Shown here: positions 13,292-26,674 of the stretch, piece by piece
Layout of the letters: every line of letters starts with the position of its first letter
How positions within the stretch are numbered: position 1 is the first letter of the stretch
Source of the DNA: Vicugna vicugna
Taxonomy: Eukaryota
Length of the DNA: 64,000 bases
NCBI GenBank assembly: GCA_013265495.1
Contig: MU058065.1
Coordinates: forward strand, 7,874,302 to 7,938,301
Direction of reading: 5' to 3'
Program-made: the position numbers and the translations under genes
Notes under the pieces: generated by a model
Database searches by the model: none
The model's input: the letters and a program-made list of their open reading frames with translations, nothing else
What the model was told of the DNA's origin: nothing

Positions 13292-14037
13292 CAGTCCGAA
13301 TTCTAACTCAACTGAATAGTGTCATGCACATGCTGGCCAGGAATCTACCATCACAGTGCTATGCAGTTTGGATCACTTGGAGATCCATTGGCCTCTAAGA
13401 GCATCAGCGGGTTTCCTTATAAAAACCTGTTTATACAAAGCAGTTTAGACTCCAGGGAATTAGTGAAATAAACCACAGTTAGCTCTTTATAGAGTACTAA
13501 ATGACCCAAAAAAGTATGTAGACAGATACAGTTGGGTTCTTAGGTTTACCTGTAGGTGTATACATGTGCGACAAGCCCACAGATAGAAGGCAGAGACTAA
13601 GTCTATTTCATTTAGTTTTCCTTTTTCCCACTCACCTTTCTCATGCCTGTATGATATCTTACACACATAAGACATAGGGTCAAAGTTTGTTGAATGAGTG
13701 AAGGAAAGAAGAAATGAATTAATCAGTTATTTAATGAATTCCCAGGCCATGAGTTTCAGCCAAGAGAAGCAGGTTGTTCTTGGATACATCAGAAAATCCC
13801 TTTGATAATCTACCCTTCCAAAAAGGCACAAAACACTAGACTAAGAATCATAAATGTGTGGGAAACTCAGAATTTAATCCAAATTGAATTACCTGTGTTG
13901 AGAACAGGTTCATACCTGTCCAGGCTCTTGCCTACAGCCCTCAGATACAATGTTGCTTACAGTGCACTTGGGTATGTAAGAAAGACAATGTGACCCCATT
14001 GGGTTATTTAAGCATCTTAATTTGTTGAGCAATTAAA

Positions 14038-14299
14038 GCAGTATTGTCAGTGGCTAAAGACACAGAATCTGGAGCCAGCCTTCCTAGATTCAGATCCCAG
14101 CTGTTATGCACCATCAGTGTACGACCTTAGGTTAACTGACTTAACCCCTCTCTGACTCTGTTCCCTCATCTGTAAAATGGGGGTAATAATGGTAGTACTT
14201 CACAGGGTTACTGAGAGGTTTACGTGAACTACTATTCAAAAAACGGCTTAAAAGAGTAGCTGGCCTAGAGGAAGCATTACATAAATGTGTGTTATTATT
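14038..14299 (+). mobile_element. Full-length MIR SINE
   Basis: gtggctaaagacacagaatctggagccag..gaccttaggttaa..ttccctcatctgtaaaatggggg..ttaaaagagtagctggcc..ataaatgtgtgttattatt. Confidence 0.88.
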
Positions 14300-15639
14300 G
14301 TCCCTCCTTTTTGCATACAGGCGCAGCTTGACTGATGGGCAAACCCAGAACACACAGAGTTTGACTCTTGGCCACAGAATACTTTGTTATGCCGAAGACT
14401 GGCTCAAAGACTATGAAAACATGGACCCAAGCCCATGCCCATTTTCTTGTCTGAAAAACAAGGGTCTTTGCCCCATTTACTGCTCATGCCCTGGCCTTCC
14501 TTTTACCCACCAATAAAGTTTGGGGAGCTAAAGGTGTAGGTTGAGGCACAGATGAGAGACCAGTGGAGATAGGAAGAATGTCTTCCATTCTCCAGTATGA
14601 AGAGAAATATTGCAGGGAGCCCTGGAGACTCGGTATCAAATGCTTTTCTTTGCTTTGCATGGCCCTCGATTCTTTTTCTCTCCTTTTCTAAACTGAGAAC
14701 ACTGTCATTTTGTGAAAAGAATAACAAAGATGCATATATTCCTATAAATGGAAGATGAAGTGGTGACTGCGGGCTTCCTCCTGCCAAGGAAAACAAGTAT
14801 AAGGCAGTTGGAAGAGACGAGCTGGGGGCCCTGCAGAACCAGAAGCTCTCCATCTCCTTGGGAGCTGGCTCTGGCCTGTGCAGGCCTGGCTGTCTGGGAA
14901 CGGCAGCTCCATGGTCTTATAAGAAAGGACTGCCAGGAAGCGAGGCCATAGACCAGGGGTTTCTGGGAGCTGAATGCTGAATTTGCCATGGAAAAGGAAG
15001 AGAATTGGAGGTTGGTGTCCTATAGAAACCACTATTCAACTTGACAGGCATCACCCAAATAATTGCTGTGCCCGAGGCCTGGTGCTATGTGGCAGAAGAC
15101 GCAAAGGAGTCCTGTTTTCTGTCCTTGAAAACCTAGAATTAATGGAGGTGGGCCCGAGAGGGTGAGGGTTAGACAAATATAGATGTCAGTGCCCTTTCCA
15201 ATTAACAAGAACTAGGAGGTTCACAAGAGTGAGGAGTCACACACAGCTTGAATAAGTGACACTGAAGGTAAAATAAGGATAGGATTTGGGAAGATGGAGA
15301 TGGGATCACAGAAGGGCACTATGAGCAAAGTGACTGATATGACCAGGGGAAACAAGGGATCCAATAGGACAGGTTGGGCAAAAAAGTGAGAAAAATGCGT
15401 GAGTGCTCAACTTGGCAGAGCACCCTGAAAGCCAAGTTGGAAGATGGATGCCTGGTTCAGGAGGCAATGGGGACTCCCTGAAAGTCTGGGATACACAGGA
15501 GCATGTGACAAGTACTATGACTTAGGATAACCTACCAGCAGAAAGTGGGAATGGGCTGGATGAAGGAAGAAAGGAGATGCCTAATGATTATCAGCCCTTG
15601 GAAAGCAGAATACCTAAGGAATTCATGACTCTTTAAAAG

Positions 15640-16730
15640 AAATCTAAGTTCCCTACCACAGCTTAGCTACAAAGACCCTACTCTGCCTATCGCTCCTGCC
15701 TCATCTTGTGCGAGGCTCACTACAATACACTCTAGCAACATTGGCTGTCTTTCTGGTCCACTAACACCCCAAGCCTTTTATATCTCAAAGCCATTGCTTG
15801 TCTTCAAGATGGCCACCATCAACCCATTCCCTCCTGAATTCACCAGCTATTCTCCCTCTGAGTGATGGAGTCTCATTCTCCAAGTCCTAGAATCCAGGCT
15901 GGCCAACGACGGTTCGAATCAACAGAATACTGCGGAAGTGACACTAGACCAGATTCAGGCTTGGTCTTTAATACCCAGTTGGTCAGATTCCTTCTTCTTG
16001 CTCACTCTGGAGAAAGCCAGCCTCCATATAAGAAGTCCAACAATCCTGAGTCCTCTGTGCTATAAGGAAACTCAGGCTGACCAAGCAGGGAAGCCATATG
16101 AAGAGAGAGCACAGACAGTCAACCTCCAGCTATTCCAGCCAGCCCAGCCCACCCACCAGACGTATCAGTGAGGAAACCATCTTGAACATCCAGCCTAGTC
16201 AAGCCTTCAGAAGTCCAGTCCCAACTGCTGTCTGACTACAACTGCGAGACCCCCTCCTGAGTGAGAACCAGCACCCAGCAAAGCCCAATTAACTCACAGA
16301 GCTGGGAGAGACAAAAATACATTTTTGTTTTAAACCAGTAGGTTTTGGGATAGTTTGTTATGTGGCAATAGATAACTGCAGGGCTCATTGTCTTTCTTTG
16401 AATCTGTTCGTTCTCATCCACGTTTATCTCATGTCTACCTCATGTCCCTCATTGTTGTCAAACTTCAGGCCCTAGCTCACCTCAAGGTCTTCCTTTCTCA
16501 CCCCATCTAAATATGAGTTCCACCCCACCCTGAACATTATTACTTTATCTCATACCCTCTTTGCTCCCTTCCCAGCATTTCTCATGGTTGAGTTATTCTC
16601 TTCTTGGCTGTTACTTCTTTCTTTTCAGTAAACACAGGCTCTCTGAAGTCAGAACCATGACTACTTTGATCACTATTTCATCTCCCTATTTAGCAGATAG
16701 TATACACCCAAAAAGTATTTGTTAAAGGGA
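15640..16730 (+). mobile_element. L2 fragment interrupted by an MLT1 LTR
   Basis: L2-like text at 15640-15798 resumes at ~16385-16730 and ends in an L2 tail (aaaagtatttgttaaa). Confidence 0.5.
15799..16380 (+). mobile_element. MaLR LTR (MLT1G/H-like)
   Basis: cttcaagatggccacc, acagaatactgcggaagtgac, gtgaggaaaccatcttgaacatccagcc, and the end ttttgggatagtttgttatgtggcaatagataac. Confidence 0.8.
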
Positions 16731-19700
16731 CAGAAAAGTCATAATCTCTCTATACAACACAGAGCCACTGACAGGGTGATGATGGATGGGGGATAAACTG
16801 CCAGAGCCCCAGTAATCTGCCAAGCAAATAGGTGAATAATTACATATAGTCTTGACATTAGTCTTGATCTAAGGTGCTCATAAGCTAATTGAAAAGTCCT
16901 GGAGTTACATTCTTTTCATATCCTCCAAAGCAGGCAATCAAAGAATGGCTGCACAGAAGTTGCTCATTACATATTCACTGATTCGTTGATAGAAATTTGA
17001 ATTTAAAAACTGATGACTTAATGTATAGGTTACTGGTAAAGTCAGTCCTGGAATATTCAATGCCACTAAGATCCCCAAAAGCCTGGGGAAAGTCATTTAA
17101 AAGACAATGGGAGAATCTGGGGGTTTGTCTCTCTCTTTGACCAACTCTCCTCAACGTAGAACTTCCCCTGCCCTAACCGAATTCTAGGAGCACGTCACAT
17201 GTCTACTGTTTCTAGGTCCCAGTGGGAGAGGGGTTGGTAAGAAGAGATCTGATCAGAAGTCAGGAGCTCAAGGGTGAAGTTAGGGAGCCCAACACTCTGG
17301 ATCACCAGACCTCAGGTAATCAAATCACAGACAGGGTTCTTACCTCCCACAATCATCAGTGGTCCAAACCTCCTTGCGTGTGCCATTAACTCCCTCATCA
17401 TGACAACTGTTTTGATCCGCACAAGGTATGTCAATTTTTATGTTGGGGGTGTCAGAATTATTGACAAGGTCCATTCTTCCTGATCTGGCCTGTTTCAGTA
17501 CTCTTTCCTCTCTAATCTCACCAGTACCCCTCACCTCTCTCTGTACACCAGTCTTTTCTACATTTTCTTTACCTCATCCCTAATGGTCTCTGAGTTCTTG
17601 TCTCTTTCCTGCATTCCAACAGTACTGCAGCATACTTCTGAGATGGCTGAGGGCTTCTTCTCACTCCTCTTGGACCAGAGGTGGCCAGGGAGTCACAGAG
17701 GAGGTGGAGAGTGCAAGTGGGAATATTTGTGTTGTGGGTGATCAGAAGATCTAAGTTCTTGCATCTCTGCCTCCTCTGACCACGTGACCTTCATTCTAAT
17801 ACTTAACTTCTTGATCCTCAGTTCATTTATCTGAAAAGTGAATAACCATGTGGAGACTATTTATAACTATATGGAAAATAATTATTATACCTGGCCCCTT
17901 ACCCAACAGAGATGGAGACCAGACATACTCTGTACATTTCTAATGTTAAGCAAAGGCATAGAAACACAATTTCTGTTGTCCAGTTGTGAGGAAGCCTGAT
18001 TTTAGGTTAAGACGTCCTGTGTTCTTGTCCTGGCTCTGTCCTTAATTCATTGTATCATCTATATAAGTCGCTCTCCCACTTTGAATCTCAAAATCCTCAA
18101 CCACAAAATAAGAGTGAACGGCACCATCTAGGAAGGTTCTGGGTCTGCTTCACCCACTCTTCTATCCCCACCATGGTGTTTGCTGTGTAGTCCACACTTA
18201 ACAAATAATTTCTGAGTGAATGAATATGTACTATGTAATATATATGATCAAGCCATGAAAATAACTACCTATCTACATTCAGAATTGCTGAAAGAAATCC
18301 AGCTGAGGACAAGATGGTAGATAGAGACGGATCCTAATGAAAACCCAGCAAGCCAGGAGCCACGTCCCTCCTTCTCTGCCTCCTTTCCACATCCTCTGCC
18401 CAGTTTCCTGGGAGACTGGCCTGGGATGGCACTCCCAGGTGAGCTTTGGGCAAATACTGAACGTCTCTGAGCTCGATCAGAGTAGAAGAGGCAGAGGGAG
18501 TCCACGAGAGATGGACTGGGTGGAGAAAAGATGGGGGAGCACAGAAAAGGAGAAGGCAGGATGCTTCAAACTGGAGACCTTGACAACAGGAAAAAACCTT
18601 CTGCAATCATGGGATCGTGTAATGAAGTCACTCATGGTCCACATGAGGAACTTGGGGGACATCAAGATCATGTGGCTCACTGATGATTAGGCCACTTCAG
18701 AGAGAACAAAGGCATTGCTGCCTGGGATTCCCTAACTGATTTATCTAAGTTCCCACCTACCAAGATTATACAGAACTTGGAAGCAGGGACCATACCACAT
18801 CCCTAATCTTCCTGCTGTCTTCTCTCCAGGTTCAACTCCCCACTCCCAGCCCACAGCATGCAGTAAAGGGGCAGATGTGGAGCAGATGTCTTATAAATTA
18901 TGGGGCCCCTGGGCTGGGAGCAACTTCTTACTCACTGCTCTTCTCTCTTCACACAGCCATATCTCTTCCCCCACATCATGGGGGAGACTTCTTGGTCTCA
19001 GAGAAGAAATTCACAGATTTCTCAATCACCTGCCAGGGAATGGGTGGGCGCTGGGGGCCTTAGAGCCATTGCCAGAGCCCCTGTGAGCACTGACCTCTCA
19101 GCCCTGGCAGCAGTGGTGGCCGCTGCTGCAATGGGCCTTCGCTGTGACCCAGTCCTGGGGGAACATCTGCAGAGCAGTGGTTGTCTTGGAAGAGGCCATG
19201 GGAAAGTCCAAGAGAAGCCACGGCTCTTGAAAACCATCCCAGAATCCCACTGGAATGCTTTGCCAGAGTACACTGAGCCCAAAAGGTCTTGGATTTTATG
19301 CTATTTTATCCCTTTTTATTTTCTGGCTGGACTTTTTTAGTTGGAAATCCAGAACACTAAAGCTATCCCGGGCCATTCGTTCCAAGCATGCCACGCGGCT
19401 CCCCTGTGGCTGATCACTAGAGGACCTGGGCTCAGGGTCCTCAGCCCAGTGCTGCAAATGTGTGTCACCCCCAAGACGGTGGCCGAAAGAGATCTAAGGC
19501 CAGGGAAGTGAGGGCTGAGACCAAAACCCCAAATCCTTGCCTCCAGATCCTGAACCTTCCCGCTAAGACCAGGGAATGTAAACTACCTAGGGGCAAGCAT
19601 TTTGCTTTGTCCACTCTGAATTCCTAGCACCCAGAACAGCCCCTAACTCACAATAAGTCTTCAATAAGCATTTAATGCAATAAGTGGATGAATTTCCAGG

Positions 19701-19784
19701 CTTTACAAAGAGAATCTCCAAGCAGAGTGACCTCACCCAGACACAGTGCATCTCCTCTTAGGCTGTGATAGGAGAGGTGATGAA

Positions 19785-20342
19785 TTAGCCAACCACCACC
19801 AATGGGCCAAATCCTGTTTGTACAGCCCATGAGCTGAAAAATGCAAAGAACAACAATACAGCTGACTCTTGAACAACGTGTGTTTGAACTGCACAGTTCC
19901 ACTTACAAGCAGTTTTTTTCAGTAGTAAATAATGTGGTACTACACCATCAGCGGTTGGTTGAATCTGCAGATACGGAACTGTGAATGAAGAGTAATAGCA
20001 AATACAGAGAACCAGGAATACGAAGGAACAGGGCATGCAGAGGGCAGGCGGTTAAGTTATACACAGATCTTCAACCACTCTGAGGGTCAGCGCTCCCAAC
20101 TCCTACGTTGTTCAAGAGTTAATTGAATTCCATTATGCGTAAAACTCACATGAAATTCAAATGTCAATGTCCATTAATAAAGTTTTATTGGCGCACAGCC
20201 ATTCTCGCTCACTCACTGCTGTTATCTGTGGCTGCTTCTGCAAAAGAGCAAAATTGAGTTCCTGCAACAGAGACTGTGTGATCCACAAAGCTGAGAATAT
20301 TTGCTATCTGGCCCTTTACAGAAAAAGTTCGCCAGTCCCGGG
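19785..20342 (+). mobile_element. MER58B hAT-Charlie MITE split by a Tigger insertion
   Basis: Left part gggccaaatcctgtttgtacagcccatgagct; right part atgaaattcaaatgtcaatgtccattaataaagttttattgg..ctggccctttacagaaaaagtt. Confidence 0.75.
19859..20125 (+). mobile_element. Tigger2a-type (artiodactyl variant-like) TcMar MITE
   Basis: TIRs cagctgactcttgaacaacgt / acgttgttcaagagttaattg, preceded by TA; internal gtaaata..gtactacac..ggttggttgaatctgcagatacggaac. Confidence 0.82.
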
Positions 20343-22021
20343 CCTAAAGAATCTCCCAGGTAGGTAAATGTCTAAATTGCCAGCATTCTTTGTTTTGGAT
20401 TAAACATTGCTCACTCTCTCTGTCTGTCTATCTGTCTCTCTCTTCTTCTTCTTAAATCAAAGCCTTTCCAGAAGTGCTTTAAGTTAACTTTAGTGGTATA
20501 ATTTATTTGTCTGGCAATTTTTTTCTCTGAAAAAAGGAACCTGTTCAAAGACAAAGGGATCTTAAGGAAGGTTTTCTAACAGGGCTAAAGGGTTCAAAAC
20601 AAAGGAATCCCCAAGGAAAACTCAGTCTTCTTTATGTATGGCTAAGGCCGAGCACAGTCACCAGCACTCCGATGAAGGGTACAGAAAGGGAAACTTCTTT
20701 GAGCTCCCACAGGGGCCCACTGCCTTACCCTGAAACAGCCACGCCCTCTGCCCGGATTCACTCTCCTCTTCTTGCCTCCCAGGATGCCTTGTCCTTCTTG
20801 GAGCAGCACGATCACCCCATCAGCGGAAGTCTTCCCCGATCTGAGTCACGGTGCACACAGAGCTCCCCGAAGCAGCAGGGATCATGGTGTGGTTTCTCTA
20901 GATCCGGGCACAGCAAATGGCATCTGTCCCTCCCTCCCCGTAAACACACACGCCCATGGCAGACACAGTCAATCACCACCATCCACTCAGCAAACAAAAG
21001 CACAGCTCCCTGCCATTTCTGGTTATGTGCTTCCTCTAGACAACCAACTCCTTGCACGCACTCCTTGCATCCGTCTTAGCGATTTTTATTTCCCCACACC
21101 TCACACAACCCCTGACGGTGCAGTGGGTGTTCAGCTGACAAAAGCCCTCCCCCATCCTTTCCTTCTGTTGCCCTAATCATGCAGGAGAAGGTGCAGAATG
21201 GAAGCCAATACCCCTTGCCCTAAGATGCTAATAACTACTTCCCCAGAATCCCTGTAATGGAAGCAAGTCCTCTAGAGGCAGGTGAGGACATGCATCTAGA
21301 ACTTTAGCCCAGGAGTTCAGATTAGCTTGATGCCAACACCCATCTGGGGTCCCGCCATAGCTGGTGTGGCTTCTCTCTGGTAGATGGTGCTGCTCATGCT
21401 TGAGGTTGCGGAGGGAGGACCCTTAGTTTGGATTTCCTTTCTGGTCTTCTGATGAGCTAGGAAGGTCCCCCATTCCATCTGAGAACCCTTTCTTCACCTT
21501 GGACAGGAGGAGGCAACACCCAACTCAAACTTCTGACTTTTCCCAAGCCAGAGGAAAATAACTTTCCAATCTCTTGTTAAATAAGAAAAGAAACTCTCTT
21601 CCTTCAGTAGGTATTTCCAGCTGCTGACAAGGGTGTTTCAAGAAATTTAAATACAATGGCATGTGCCTTGGCTCCTGCAGTTACTCTAGCAACCTCTAAC
21701 TTTTACAGACCGCCTGAGATACCAAGGGAATTGGTAGCAGACGTCTTAGGCAACCAAATTCCCCAGAACTGATTCTTCCAGGGACGTATACCTCTTACAG
21801 AACAGAACCTTCCTAAACTTCAATTAGAAGGGAATACTTGAAATCCCCATTTACAAAAATAATGGAAAACTTACTAAGTATTATCTTACCAACCCACAAG
21901 GCTACAGGACAATTTGAAATTTTAATTTCACAGGTGAAAAAAAAAAAATCATGTGCCAAGTGAGAGTTGAGAATGAGAGATGGAAATCAAGTAGTCCAGC
22001 AAATAGAAGGAGCGTATTTGG

Positions 22022-22187
22022 GATGGTGGTTCACAAACCTGGACCACCCACCCGTGAAACATGTTCAAATACAGAGCCCCAGGCCCTGTCCCCAGAGATT
22101 ATAATTTTGTAAGTCTGGGACGAAAGCTGGGCCATTTTTTTGAAGCTGTCCTGGTGATTCTGATAAACATTCAAATTTGGAAACCAG
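22022..22187. mobile_element. MER5-like MITE
   Basis: gtggttcacaaac..aaatacagagccccaggccc..tcctggtgattctgat..aaatttggaaacca. Confidence 0.6.
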
Positions 22188-22669
22188 CAATGGGAAGAAT
22201 ATTCCTTTCCCTCTCCCCACCACGTTCCAGGGATCTGCTGGATCCTAGTTCCCTCAATTCCTGCCAGCCCCAAATTCTAAATCCAGAGAGACAGAATTCA
22301 TTTTCTTTAAAATAAAAGGAAGCAGTAGCTGCAAAGTGCTGTGCTCGGTGCTGTGCCAAAGAAACCTGGGAATTTGAAGCGGCATCTGGCCCTGGGCTGT
22401 TGGAAGGCTGTGTGGGGTTTGATTTTTTTTTTTGAGCTTGCTGCCTGGTTTATTTTAGGTGCTGGGTCTGCAGGATAGTAGGCTGACCTTCCTTGGCTAT
22501 TCCCCAGGGAGCAGGCTACCAGTGTCCTGCTGTCTTTGCAGCTACAAGATACAATTTCCACGGCATTCAGGTAATAGGAGCTGACTGTCAGCAATGTCTG
22601 GGATCAGAATTAAATCTGGGGAGGCAGCCTTCTGAAGAGAAAGGGTTTCTGGCATTGAGGCTTTATAGG

Positions 22670-22960
22670 TGGTCCTAGCACTGCTACACATAAGCTGTGT
22701 GATTTGGGGTTAGTCACTTTCCCTCTCTGGGCCTCAGTTTCCCCAGCTATGAAACAAGGGGTTGAACTAGGTAGAGGCAGTATGGAGAAGAGGAAGGAAC
22801 ATGGGTCCGGTGGCCAGGCTTCGTTGCTAACTTGCTTTGTGCCTTTGGGCATGTGAGTGAACTTCACTGCACATCAGTTCCTTCATCTATAAAATGAGTC
22901 TAACGGTACCTCCTTCCCAAGGTTGATGTACCAGTTTAAGGAGAGGATACATGCCAGCTG
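22670..22960 (+). mobile_element. Two MIR fragments
   Basis: ctctctgggcctcagtttccccagctatgaaa and catcagttccttcatctataaaatg cores. Confidence 0.7.
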
Positions 22961-23529
22961 CTTGACTTGATCTCCCTGTGAGATTCAAGACACACACATA
23001 CACATTCACACTTGCTCACCCCTAAACCAGCGATCTGATGAAGTGGGTGCCAAATTCTGGGAGCAACACTGAGTTTGAAGGGAGTTTAGGAGAGGGAGAG
23101 ATCACGACTCCAAGAGCGGGTAGGGAGGAAGGCACACATGACCTTCTGGAGGAAGCAGGATTTGAGCTGGGATTTTGACACAGACATACACCCAGAATCT
23201 GAATAAGCAACTGAAGGAAGAAACCCTGGAGTACAGAAGGAAAATCAGTCAGTTGGAATTGGGCGACTTGGGTTTTAATGTCTGCCCTCTCATTGCCTCA
23301 CTTTGTGGTCTTGCTGATTCTTTGCTTCTCTGTCTATAAGACGGGGTTGGGGTGAGAACGGATATGATGACATAGGATAAAACACTTTGTATGGTGTCTG
23401 GAACATGGTAGACTTTCTATGGGTGGATAGATAGGTGGATGGATGCATGCATGCATTTCGGATGAAAGTGGAGATAAAAAGAAGAATGTCCAAGCACCTT
23501 TGTAGGTCAGTGAGTGTATTAGCAGAGCT

Positions 23530-23760
23530 CAACAATTTTCAGAGTGTTCATGGAACTCTAGAACCCCAAGATGCTGCTGGGAGAAATGTTTTCCATGGTC
23601 AATTAAATTTCGGAATGGCAGCATGTTACATCCCCCTCTTGAAGATTTGCAATCGATTTCAACACATTAATAATTCTGCAAAATCTCTTCCAATTTTATT
23701 TACACCCAGTAGTTCCCAAACTTAGATCACTTCTAAATCAATTTTCCACATTAAACCTAT
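23530..23760. mobile_element. MER103-like hAT-Charlie element
   Basis: ttccatggtcaattaaattt..catccccctcttgaagatttgcaat..ttcccaaactta. Confidence 0.55.
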
Positions 23761-23884
23761 TAACTTCCCACTGAACTTTGCAGGGGTCTTTCTGGTGTGA
23801 AATAAGGGGATGGTGGTGTGAAATTTGGAAACATTACTTGAGGTTCCCTTTTTGTTTGCTCTATACTCACATTTAGGAACAATC

Positions 23885-24160
23885 TGTACAGTGGTGTGAG
23901 GAGGGCAACCTGGAGGAGCAAGCAGACATTCTTGGAAACAGAGAGACCTATGCCTAAATGCAGTCCCTCCACTGATGAGTCATGTTGCCGTGGGCAAGCT
24001 CTTTAACTTTTCTTTACCTCTGGTTCCTGATCTATAAGTTCCCAGCACTTATCTTGTAAAATCATTGTGAGAATCAAATAAGTTAATGTACCTGAAGAGG
24101 TTAGCATCAGGCCCGGTACAGAGTAAGCACTCAGTAAGCAGAAAATGGTGTCTTCATTAT
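23885..24160 (+). mobile_element. MIR SINE
   Basis: gtgggcaagctctttaac..ttgtgagaatcaaataagttaatg..ggtacagagtaagcactcagtaa. Confidence 0.7.
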
Positions 24161-24809
24161 TGGGCCACCATCAAAATACCCTCCATCAATCATTTTGCAA
24201 CATCCAGCATGACTCAGACATTGAGCCCTGAGAGTAGGAATCAGAGTAATCTCTGTCTTCCTCTCCCACATGGGGATCAGCCCAGAGCCCCATCAAGACA
24301 TGAGTAAGGTGATTTCAAAGAAGGCAGTGATGGTGGTGTCTGCTTTGTGCTTCTTCTGAATACAGAGCAAAGGTAGGGGGTTCTTTCAGAAAGAGGACGT
24401 GTCCTCCCAAACCAATCTGGGCTGGCAGTGTCGACTCCCACAGGCTGGCGGCTGGCCACTGGGAGAGGGAGAATCTGCTTAGTCATTTCTCAACAGCAAG
24501 AGCAAGTAGTTTGAAAAAGAAGCCAAATATACCTCCCGAGAGGCCTGCCAAGTGCCTCCTAAAAAGAGAAAAGGAGAGGCAGTGCAGAACTCTGAGCACC
24601 AGGCTCTGATCAGGGCCGCGGGCAGAGACAGCTGGCCGCCAGTATCAGACCTGTGCCCTGCTCAAGTGCTACCCTCTTGGGCTGGGGGAGGTTGGCCCAG
24701 GTTCACCCATCAAATGCAAGTCCCCAGCTCTCCTCCCTTTGTTGAAGAATGTTGGCCCCTGGCAGCATCTGTCTCTGCAGGGGTCCTATGGTCAGTTTCT
24801 CTTCATTGA

Positions 24810-25765
24810 GTCACCCGTTAATTCAGTTAACATTTACTGAATACTTACTATCCATGTCATGGGGAACACAGTTGTATAAAAGGCAAAAAGTCTCTGCACT
24901 TAACGGAGTTAACATTCTAGTGGAGAGAGACAGAAAATACACAGGTAAGCAAGGAAGAAAAAAATTTCATGGAGCATTAAGTGCTTTAAGGAGAAATTGT
25001 AAGGGTGAGAGATCACTGGATTAGGAGCTAGAAAAAGAATAAAGGGGGGCCCTCAGCCCCCTCAAAGAAGAGACATTTGAGCCAAGACCTGAATGGAGCA
25101 AGGGAAAGAGCTGGGAAGGAGAGAGCCCCGAGCAGAAGGAACGGTGAGCACCATGGTGCTGGGACAGAAATGAGCCCAGGGGTGCTGAAGAGCAGCCAGA
25201 AAGGCTGCAGCCGAGCTGGGATGTGGACGGGAGGGCAGAAGAGGGTGAGAGATGAGGGCAGAAGAGGGTGAGAGATGAGGTCAGAGATCTGGATGGGCCA
25301 AGGAGTCTGATTTTATCCCAAAGAGGATGAGAAGTCATTGAAAGACTTTTAATGGAGGAAGGGATGGAGAGCTCACCCTGACTGTGTGTGAAAACTCGAT
25401 GATGAGAGGGCAAGAGTGGGACCTGGGAGAGGAGGTAAGAGGTGATGATGACTCCTTGCACTAAGTTGTTTCCAGGTAGCAAGTGAGATTTGGGGTGTAT
25501 TTTGAAGGTGGAGTGACAGGACCTGCTGGTCAGTGGGATGTAGGCTGTGTGTTGAAAGTGAGGGATTAACGGGGACCTCCAGAATAGCTGCCTTCTCACT
25601 AAGATGTGGAAGGTTGCAGGAGGAAAGGTTTGGGAAGGGAAGATAACCGTAATGCTTTGCACAGGCATGGCAGGTTCAAGGTGTCTGTTGGACTTCCAAG
25701 TTGAAGGGTTCATCCGCAATTGGATGTGTTTGGAGCCCATCTGTCAGCACTGCAGGCATCAGCAT
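24810..25765 (-). mobile_element. L2 LINE 3' portion
   Basis: Starts catttactgaatacttacta..ggagttaacattctagtggagagagacaga, the reverse of the L2 tail, and continues gacatttgagccaagacctgaatg, tattttgaaggtggag and ctgttggacttccaagt. Confidence 0.85.
25231..25280. repeat. 23-bp tandem duplication inside L2
   Basis: gagggcagaagagggtgagagat occurs twice, identically (25231-25253, 25254-25276). Confidence 0.9.
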
Positions 25766-26674
25766 AGGTGCTTAAAGCCCTTCAAATCCCCACATTTCGA
25801 CAAGATAGAACCTAATCAGAAGCATACCATTTGGGAATGAGATTTTAGCAAAATGTAGTTAATTCAATCCCTTTGTTTTACTAGAGGGATACTGAAGCCC
25901 AGAGAGGGGAAGTAACTCACTCAAGATCAAACAGCAATTTGCTTGCAGAGCCAGGACCTGCACCCACGTTTCATGTCCTCCCTTCCCTCCACAAAACATT
26001 CCCCAAGTTTGAATTATCTTCCCACTTTTCACAGATTTGTTTCACATTGATTTCTTAAAGTTATTTACACATGCCCCCAAAACTTCCTCAGTTCCACTTT
26101 GAGGGAAGTTTTATTTTCTTATCTAACTCTGTTGTAGTCAGTCTTGAATTTTCCCAAAATGTGCGTGATGTTGTTACGCCTGGCCCTTCAGAGAATCATG
26201 TCAAGTAAATAGGTTAAGTATTTTGGTTGCCAATTACAGATGAGGAAACCGAAGCATAATAATCAAGTAAATTCTATTCAGTCCCAGAGCTAGTTGAGTG
26301 TCTTGAGTCTTAGCTCCAGGCTCTTCTCCTCTTCTCTGTAGTCCAGGAAATCTTTTGAAGCCCAAGTCCTGCCATTATCCATTAGCTGAGGACTGTTCCA
26401 AGCTCTTCATAAACAGGAGAAAAATTAACATCACTCTTGTCTTACTTTTGTCCACTTCATACAAATCTTTATCTTTCTAGCTCTCCTTTCTGTGGAACAG
26501 ATTGGTTCCCACTGTCCAAATACATTTCCTCTTTTTCCTGGGGACACAGCTAAACTACACTTCCCAGCCTCCCTGTAGTTAAGCATTTCCTTGTGACTGA
26601 TTTCTAGTCAATAGAATTTGAGCAGAATTAATGCACACTGTTCCCAGTCTGGCCCATAAAATTATCCTAGGTTC

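Noticed and set aside
17338..17480. Minus-strand exon candidate ending in GAG|GTAAGA
   Set aside because: Good donor, but the upstream sequence is purine-rich with no acceptor tract, and the peptide is unrecognised.
25021..25740. 239-aa minus-strand ORF
   Set aside because: It lies wholly inside a decayed L2 element and is not a host gene.
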